Positions 5,166-11,632 of a stretch of DNA of 11,632 bases are shown in pieces. The stretch covers positions 1 to 11,632 of the forward strand of contig JAFGGO010000058.1 in the NCBI GenBank assembly GCA_016930515.1, in the 5' to 3' direction. The position numbers and the translations under genes were made by a program. The notes beneath the pieces are model-generated. The model made no database searches. It was not told the DNA's origin and saw only the letters and a program-made list of their open reading frames with translations. Within the stretch, counting starts at the first letter, position 1. Each line of letters begins with the position of its first letter. Source of the stretch: Promethearchaeota archaeon (GTDB lineage: Archaea; Asgardarchaeota; Lokiarchaeia; Sigyniarchaeales; SOKP01).

Positions 5166-8100
5166 TTATTTTTTTCTTGGGATAGTAAAGCAAAATTCAG
5201 ATCCAAGATTTTTTCCTTGGGATTTTACCCAAATCTTTCCTCCATGTGCTTCGACGATACCTTTGGTTATATACAAGCCTAAACCGCTTCCTCTCTCTAA
5301 AATTGAGAAGGTTTCGATGTTTTGATCGATAGTGACGAACTTTCTAAATAATTGATCGATCTCTTTCTTGCGTAATCCAAGACCACTATCCTGAACCATA
5401 CATAAGATTTTTTCGCCCTGATCTTCTGCGAATATCCTAATTTTTCCTCTCATTTTCGAAAATTTAATCGCATTTGAAATAAGATTTAAAAACACTTGCG
5501 TTATTCGGAACTCGTCTATTTCAAAAGAGAGATTTTCGCTCATATCTATATCTATTTCAAGATTCTTTTGTCTAATTTGATAATCCAATTCAGAAACACA
5601 ATCTTTTATAATATTCTTTATTTTTTTTTCTTTTAGGTTTAATTCAATCTTTTTTGCGTCTATGATTAATACATCCATTAATTGTTCGATGTATTTCTCG
5701 AGCCTTTTGGAATTATTTAAAACCCTTTCTAAATCCTCTTTTATTTCAAGATGTAAATCCTTATCTCTGGTTAATATTAAATCCACAAATCCTATAATCG
5801 ATATCAATGGTGTTTTTAATTCGTGTGATGCAATCGTTATAAAATCAGTCTTTAATTTATCCAATTTCTTGAGTTCTATGTTTTGTTCTCTTAATTTCCT
5901 CTCAGAATCTATTAAATTTTCTTCAAACTCTTTTTTTTCGGTATTATCGATCATTGTCGTTAACAACGCGTATTTTTCTCTAAATCTAATGGTCGTGGCA
6001 TAAGCATCAATCCATCGTGGTTTTCCCGATTTTGTAAGGATCCGAAATGAAATTTGAGACGGATATTCGATGGGTAATTTTGCTAAATTATGAAGCCTGG
6101 TAAGTTCTACGATGTTACTAGTAAGAAAGAGAAAATCGTCGGGATAGAAGGCTTTTTTTAGTTCGAATTTTTTCCAACTCAATATCTCGTCGATAGTATA
6201 GCCCGATATATCTGAGACGGCGCTATTAGCATATTTTACCCTTCCATCCTGCAATATTGCGATTCCCATTAATGATTGTTCGGTAATTGTTCGAAAAAGC
6301 GATTCGGATTCTTTTAATTTCGCTTCGGCTTTATTTCTTTCAGTAATATCCTCGGCAGCACATACCACATATTCTACCTCTCCGTGTTTATTAAGCTTGG
6401 GTGTTTTCGTTATTGAGAATAGTCTTTGAGCTCCCATCTTATTTGTAATATATTCTTCTGTACGGATCTGTATTTTTTTTCTGAACACTTCCTTGTTACT
6501 TGCTAAAAATTGATTTAAATTTTTTTTTGAGAGAATAGACTTTAAGGATTTATTTTCACATAACTCCTTTTCTATGCCTAAAAAATTAGCGTGTGCTTTA
6601 TTTACTGCCCCATATGCATGTTCGTTCTCTAAATACCAAATCTGAGTTTCTATATTGTCCAAAAGAAGCGTTTGTTCTTCGTTTTTAATAATTAATTGTT
6701 CCTTGGATGTGCTTAACTCTTTTGTTCTTTCTTGAATTTGATTTTCAAGTTCTTTATTAAACTCTTGTAGCTTTATCTCTAACATTTTTGCTTCTGAAAT
6801 ATCACGCAATATTATTTGAAAAAAGATTTCCTTACCAATTCTAATAATCGTCGTTTCAACAGTTATCCAGATTGTTTTGTTTTCAATTCCCATGGCTTTA
6901 AATTCCACTGGCTCCAAGCAATCGTGCTTTTCAAAATTAGATTTTAATTGTTCAATTGGGGGATGTTTATATTCACTTCCTTTGATTTTAGAAAGTGTTT
7001 CTACAAAAGAACTTCCAATAACCTTATTTTTTGGGATATTCGATATGTAGCGATTAAATCCTTCATTACAATCAACAATATATCCATTTGAATCAACGAT
7101 CCAAATACCAAATGGAGAGTTGTCGAACAAATTCCTATATAATTTTTCTGATTTTTTAAGCTTACCTTCAACCGTTTTAAGTTCATTAATGTCCTGTATG
7201 ATGACTTGGACCATCTTTTCTCCGCCTAATGTGAAAAAAGCGCATTGATATAATACCCAATTTGGTGTCATATCTTTCTTATGAAGTTGTATTTCCTTAA
7301 CCTTAACGGACTTCCCCTTGATTAAGTCCATGAAATCCTCCATTATTATTGGAAGGTATTTTTTTGGAAACAAGTCGTGTTCTGTTAAAGTAGAGCCAAT
7401 TAATTCGTTCGCTTTAAATCCAGATAATTTTTCTGCCGTTGCGTTAAACCCTACCATTTCGCCTTTCATATTATAAATAACTATAGCATTTGGAGATGTC
7501 TCAAATAATGTTCTATATCTTTCTTCAGATTCTATTAATTTTCTCTCGATTTCGTTATACTGAGTGATCTTTCTGAGATATCCTGCGATACCTTGTGGCT
7601 TGTTTTTTTGATCCCTTAAAAAAGAGACGAGTAATTCTATTAAAACCATTGACCCCTTTTTATGTATAAATTCTAACTCAATAAAGATAACACGGTTAAT
7701 AATTCTATCCAATTTAGTTTCATAGGCAAGTTCTTCCCTGAAAGCATTACGCATCTTTTTAATAGAACTGGGACTCATAAATTCTTCAAATTTTTTTCTC
7801 TTAATCTCCTCAGGTGTATAACCAAGAACTTGAATCACTGAAGGCGCAATAAACATATATTCGAGATTTAGATTCATAGTAAAGGCTAGTTCGCTCGCTT
7901 TTTCTGTAAAAGATCGATAATTTTCAAGTGATTGTTCTAATAATTTTTCCTTATCCTTATTTCTCGTGATATTTCTTAAAAGTAGGATATATTTTAAAGA
8001 TCCCTGCTCGTCTTCATAAAGCATGCCTCGAGTATCGAACCATAATGACTTTTTTTTCTCCTGAATAAATTGTATTTCTTTAGAAATCATGCTTGATTTT

Positions 8101-8669
8101 TTAAGATCATTCAAGAAATCATTTACAGCATTTATATCTTTCGAGCCTATGAATTCAAAGAGACTCCTGTTTTTTATTAGTTCTTCGGATAAATTAGAAT
8201 TACATTTTTCATTGAGCCTTATTAATTTTTGTATATTATATTTATCATCCAGAACGAGTATAATGTCGTCGAATTTTTCAATGAATAAATGAATTATTTT
8301 TTCAATGCTAAATGATCGAGCATTAAGGAAATCAAGAATCTTGATTGTACCTCTAAATCCTTGTAAAAATCTATGCTTGTCAATAAAAGGTTTTACCTTT
8401 AATAAAACTTCAAAAACTCCCTTATTTTTGCTTTTAAGCGGTAATTTAAATTCAGTTAAGCGTGAAAGGTTTTGAGATTGAACATCAGGAAATAAATCGA
8501 AAAGATTAAGATCGGATGCTTGTATTTTTTCTAATCCCATAAATTCTTTGAATCCTTCGCTATGATAGGTAAACCGTCCAAATTTATCAGTTTCCCATAT
8601 CCAATCGCTTATATCCTCTAATATATCCTTACTAATTTCCATTAATTTTGTAAAGTCGTTTGCTTGCAT
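5166..8669 (-). CDS. Cytoplasmic multi-PAS sensor histidine kinase (about 7 PAS + HisKA + HATPase_c)
   Basis: H-box FITIASHELKTPL, N-box QVFLNLISNAIKF, G1 QDSGLG, G2 GSGLGLYI. Repeated PAS starts (e.g. LFETSPNAIVIYNMKG, LFDNSPFGIWIVDSNG) and PAC ends (NIT, KIT, DIN, DIS, DIT, DNT). No transmembrane stretch. AGGGGA upstream of the ATG. Confidence 0.96.
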   Translation of the reverse strand: MQANDFTKLMEISKDILEDISDWIWETDKFGRFTYHSEGFKEFMGLEKIQASDLNLFDLFPDVQSQNLSRLTEFKLPLKSKNKGVFEVLLKVKPFIDKHRFLQGFRGTIKILDFLNARSFSIEKIIHLFIEKFDDIILVLDDKYNIQKLIRLNEKCNSNLSEELIKNRSLFEFIGSKDINAVNDFLNDLKKSSMISKEIQFIQEKKKSLWFDTRGMLYEDEQGSLKYILLLRNITRNKDKEKLLEQSLENYRSFTEKASELAFTMNLNLEYMFIAPSVIQVLGYTPEEIKRKKFEEFMSPSSIKKMRNAFREELAYETKLDRIINRVIFIELEFIHKKGSMVLIELLVSFLRDQKNKPQGIAGYLRKITQYNEIERKLIESEERYRTLFETSPNAIVIYNMKGEMVGFNATAEKLSGFKANELIGSTLTEHDLFPKKYLPIIMEDFMDLIKGKSVKVKEIQLHKKDMTPNWVLYQCAFFTLGGEKMVQVIIQDINELKTVEGKLKKSEKLYRNLFDNSPFGIWIVDSNGYIVDCNEGFNRYISNIPKNKVIGSSFVETLSKIKGSEYKHPPIEQLKSNFEKHDCLEPVEFKAMGIENKTIWITVETTIIRIGKEIFFQIILRDISEAKMLEIKLQEFNKELENQIQERTKELSTSKEQLIIKNEEQTLLLDNIETQIWYLENEHAYGAVNKAHANFLGIEKELCENKSLKSILSKKNLNQFLASNKEVFRKKIQIRTEEYITNKMGAQRLFSITKTPKLNKHGEVEYVVCAAEDITERNKAEAKLKESESLFRTITEQSLMGIAILQDGRVKYANSAVSDISGYTIDEILSWKKFELKKAFYPDDFLFLTSNIVELTRLHNLAKLPIEYPSQISFRILTKSGKPRWIDAYATTIRFREKYALLTTMIDNTEKKEFEENLIDSERKLREQNIELKKLDKLKTDFITIASHELKTPLISIIGFVDLILTRDKDLHLEIKEDLERVLNNSKRLEKYIEQLMDVLIIDAKKIELNLKEKKIKNIIKDCVSELDYQIRQKNLEIDIDMSENLSFEIDEFRITQVFLNLISNAIKFSKMRGKIRIFAEDQGEKILCMVQDSGLGLRKKEIDQLFRKFVTIDQNIETFSILERGSGLGLYITKGIVEAHGGKIWVKSQGKNLGSEFCFTIPRKK

Positions 8670-9066
8670 GTTTATCCCCTATAAAATCATGGAATATTGT
8701 TAGTTGAATTGCATTTATATTTTTGACATGTTTGTTAAATTTGATACCCTAATGTTTGAAAAAATGAAGTATTACTCGTAAAATATAGACTTACTAATTT
8801 ATAGTTTTGTTTTCTTAAAGCAACTCATAAATTTTAATTGGGTTTTTTTGGATTATAAAGATATATTTTTTTGTGAAAAAATTACTTGATTTTATTGATT
8901 TTAAAAAAATCACTTTAAAAAGCTTTAGAAATATCAAGATCTATAGATATTTATATATCTCTTCTTTCGAAATAATTAACTAAAGATTTAAACTAATTTA
9001 AATTTTAAATTAATAGGATTATAATGAACTAAATACATTGAGAACAATTATTAGCTTAAATGTAAA

Positions 9067-9675
9067 ATGAAGGAACATATTACACCATCCTTTGAAATAG
9101 ATGAGAAAGGAAGGGTTTATTGCAGAATGCATACAAAATATCGAAAACACATAGAAAAAAAAGACTATTTTGAATATATGTTATTGGAAAAAGATTTGAC
9201 TTGCATGCGCTGTGGTCATTACAAGAGTGACGATTGTTATTTCCCTCGTTCTGAATTGGATAAAATTGTTCACGATCAAGAGAAGGAAAAACATTTTTCG
9301 TGCAGATTGTGCGGTTCTCAAATTAAAATAATGTTAACGATTGTCCAAAAACTATATTATGAAGAAAAATTTAATCTTAAGATGCAATTGATATGTTGCG
9401 ATTGCCATCAAAAACTTTCAGAGAATCGATATAGACAAGAATCGTTAAATAAAATCTTGGCTTTGGGATTTATCGTTTCTGTGAGCCTTTTCTTTTTTAT
9501 TTACGCTTCAATCATAAGCTTTTTACTTGGAACAAATTTAATAACATTTATCTTTTTATTTATTTGTTGGTGCTTTATTGTTTTTCTTCCAGCAAGAAAG
9601 ATTGTGCGTATTTGTCGTGGATTGATATACTATAAGAAATTTTTTTGTAAAAACAAGTTATTGAGATTAACCTAA
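9067..9675 (+). CDS. Hypothetical membrane protein with Cys/His-rich putative Zn-binding N-terminal domain and two C-terminal TM helices
   Basis: 202 aa; C19xxH22, C46xxC49xH51, C57, C79xxC82, C110xxC113; hydrophobic segments at aa ~130-155 and ~158-175; basic C-terminal tail. Confidence 0.75.
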   Translation: MKEHITPSFEIDEKGRVYCRMHTKYRKHIEKKDYFEYMLLEKDLTCMRCGHYKSDDCYFPRSELDKIVHDQEKEKHFSCRLCGSQIKIMLTIVQKLYYEEKFNLKMQLICCDCHQKLSENRYRQESLNKILALGFIVSVSLFFFIYASIISFLLGTNLITFIFLFICWCFIVFLPARKIVRICRGLIYYKKFFCKNKLLRLT

Positions 9676-10776
9676 TGTTCCTGCCCAGCCCCTTACGAGT
9701 TTTCTCATTTTTTTTTGTTTTTCAATTATACTTAGAATCTCCTTTTTATTTTTGGATCTTAAATCGTCTATTTCGGGAACGAAGTCATATTTTATGAAAA
9801 GGTCTCGACATTCATTCGATATCAATCCTTTCTTTATCTTTTGAGGGTTATTTACAAAGCTAGGGTATTCAAGCACCCAATCTTTCAAAAAATCCTCAAT
9901 ATTATTTATAGATTCAAAAACAGGTAAAACACCTAAATTATTAGGAGTTGTGATGGCAATTGTTGCTCTGGATATAGTATATTCATTTCCATTAAACGAT
10001 ACGGCTATCCCCCTTTCTTGTTTTAGCCTTTGAAGCATATTTATGTCTGTTATTGAGTCACCCAGAGCAATCATATCGGAGATAGGCGTGCCTGTCCTTT
10101 TAGAAATATCTTCTATTGCTAATTCTTTTCTCTTTCCTCCTCGAACTTTAATCTTATTCATTATCCTAAAATAATCTGAATCTTCGCTTTTCCAAAAAAA
10201 ATCGTTTAAATCCTCTAAAACCGTTTCCAAATCTTTATCGTTGTCTAAATATTTTTTAAAGATTTGTTTTACTAAAATATGAACTGAATTTTCTATACTA
10301 TTAACTCCCTTCTTTAACAGATCGATGTTAAAATCCGTGCAATAGACATGATCTTGAGGTATCGATAATGCGCCAGTTATCGTGTGAGCAAATTGGGTAT
10401 AACTTGTAGAAATAACATAAACATCCCATTCCCTATGTAAGATGCCCATTAGATCCATACAGCCGGGTAATAATCCCAGATTTTGTTGTGCTAAACTCAA
10501 TAATTCGGTTTCTGAATAACATGCAAGATATAAGGGCGCCATGATTCTCAAAGTATCTCCTGGTTGATATTCAGAAATATTCAATCTTTCTTTGATCCCG
10601 GGTGTATCAATGATGTAATCGTCGTAATTTGAGATCATAAAAAAGAACTCTCCCATGTCGTAATCTTGCAACGAAAGTTCCGGTCTATTACTTAATAACT
10701 TGCCAATATCAGCAGCAAAATCAACGGTACTGATTGGCCCTTCGAGGTCCCAGCAACATACTTTTTTATTTTTCAA
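9667..10776 (-). CDS. HAD-superfamily hydrolase, EhaR / COG4030-like
   Basis: Motif I variant WDLEGP, YDD, YQPGDTL, motif II ISTSYTQF, motif III GGKRK, motif IV GDSITD, FNGN. Matches my recollection of the archaeal COG4030 family. TTG start; no eha operon in the window. Confidence 0.85.
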   Translation of the reverse strand: MKNKKVCCWDLEGPISTVDFAADIGKLLSNRPELSLQDYDMGEFFFMISNYDDYIIDTPGIKERLNISEYQPGDTLRIMAPLYLACYSETELLSLAQQNLGLLPGCMDLMGILHREWDVYVISTSYTQFAHTITGALSIPQDHVYCTDFNIDLLKKGVNSIENSVHILVKQIFKKYLDNDKDLETVLEDLNDFFWKSEDSDYFRIMNKIKVRGGKRKELAIEDISKRTGTPISDMIALGDSITDINMLQRLKQERGIAVSFNGNEYTISRATIAITTPNNLGVLPVFESINNIEDFLKDWVLEYPSFVNNPQKIKKGLISNECRDLFIKYDFVPEIDDLRSKNKKEILSIIEKQKKMRKLVRGWAGTLG

Positions 10777-10992
10777 TTAATCTCACTTTTAGCTTTCTCT
10801 TTAGAATAATTTGAGAATACCTTGCTTAAATACATATTTATTAATTTATTATTAATGTATTGGGCTTGAAGATCTCTATAATTACAGAAATTCTTTAAAT
10901 AATTATTTTAAAAGTATCTTTTCATAGAATTAATTAAGAAACACATCTTAAAAGCAAAAAATAACTGATTTTTTAAATAAAATGCCCATAAA

Positions 10993-11490
10993 CTAACGTG
11001 TTTTTAAAGATTTTTTTAAAATTTCTTCGATGCTACGGTTTTTTTTAAATTCTTTTTCTACGATATAACGCCATTCTGGTTCGATAGTGTCGAAAGCTTT
11101 TTGAGTGAGCTTTTTGAGTTCTTCATCTTCTGACGAAAGAAAAGGGCCAATTAAGACTAAAGCCCTCTTGTCTTTTAGATTGATAAAGCTTTCAATGATG
11201 TGTATGATCGTGAATTTATCTGGATTTTCGGCATCCATTTCTTCTTTGAGTTTTGAAGCGATTATCATGGTTGCTTTAGGATCACCAATTCTTCCCATGG
11301 CTTCTATTATGCGATTGCACACCATCTTGTCTTTTTCTTTTTGTAGCGCCCTGCACATAAGATTGGTTGCCCTTCCGTCCTTCATAAATCCTAACTCCCT
11401 GGCAGCTTCGCCCCTTTCCTGCCAATTCTCGTCGTGAAAAAGCTTATTGATGAGGCTGTTAAACCTTTCGTTTACTTCATGCCATGTCAT
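10993..11490 (-). CDS. HEAT-repeat (PBS-lyase HEAT-like) protein
   Basis: 165 aa with helical-hairpin repeats: DENWQERGEAARELG, EKDKMVCNRIIEAMGRIGDPKA, IIESFINLKDKRA, LSSEDEELKKLTQKAF. Confidence 0.9.
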   Translation of the reverse strand: MTWHEVNERFNSLINKLFHDENWQERGEAARELGFMKDGRATNLMCRALQKEKDKMVCNRIIEAMGRIGDPKATMIIASKLKEEMDAENPDKFTIIHIIESFINLKDKRALVLIGPFLSSEDEELKKLTQKAFDTIEPEWRYIVEKEFKKNRSIEEILKKSLKTR

Positions 11491-11632
11491 TATTCAATTT
11501 AAAGAAGTATAGAGAATAATATAACTTTATTGTTATATTTTATAAAAAAATAAATATTCAAGAAAGCAAATTTAATTGATAATATCATCCTAGTAATGAT
11601 GAAATAGAATGTTTTGTAATAATTAAAATCAT

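Noticed and set aside
3204-8292. Short ORFs 3204..3503, 4428..4715, 5662..6003, 7001..7186 and 8089..8292
   Set aside because: All lie within the topoisomerase or kinase genes, antisense or out of frame, with no recognisable features.
11105-11437. 110-aa plus-strand ORF
   Set aside because: Antisense shadow of the HEAT-repeat gene.

Overview
AT-rich prokaryotic window, very probably from an Asgard archaeon (Lokiarchaeia-like). This is inferred from an intronless eukaryote-type actin homologue alongside archaeal-type TATA promoters, an archaeal type IA topoisomerase and an EhaR/COG4030-like HAD protein. Eight credible genes: (1) a 239-aa Pro/Gly-rich protein with an N-terminal coiled coil, a 4x27-bp tandem repeat and a C-terminal WH2-like helix ending in LKKI; (2) a divergent actin-related protein directly downstream; (3) a small winged-helix protein; (4) a type IA DNA topoisomerase; (5) a soluble 7-PAS histidine kinase; (6) a Cys-rich putative Zn-binding two-TM membrane protein; (7) an EhaR-like HAD hydrolase; (8) a HEAT-repeat protein. 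The main candidate for a new system is the pair at 402-2366: a WASP/VASP-like architecture (coiled coil, proline-rich linker, WH2-like motif) next to an actin paralogue whose ATP-hydrolysis residues are substituted but whose WH2-binding cleft is retained. This suggests a prokaryotic nucleation-promoting factor plus Arp-like module. It is a hypothesis from motif reading only; no searches were run.
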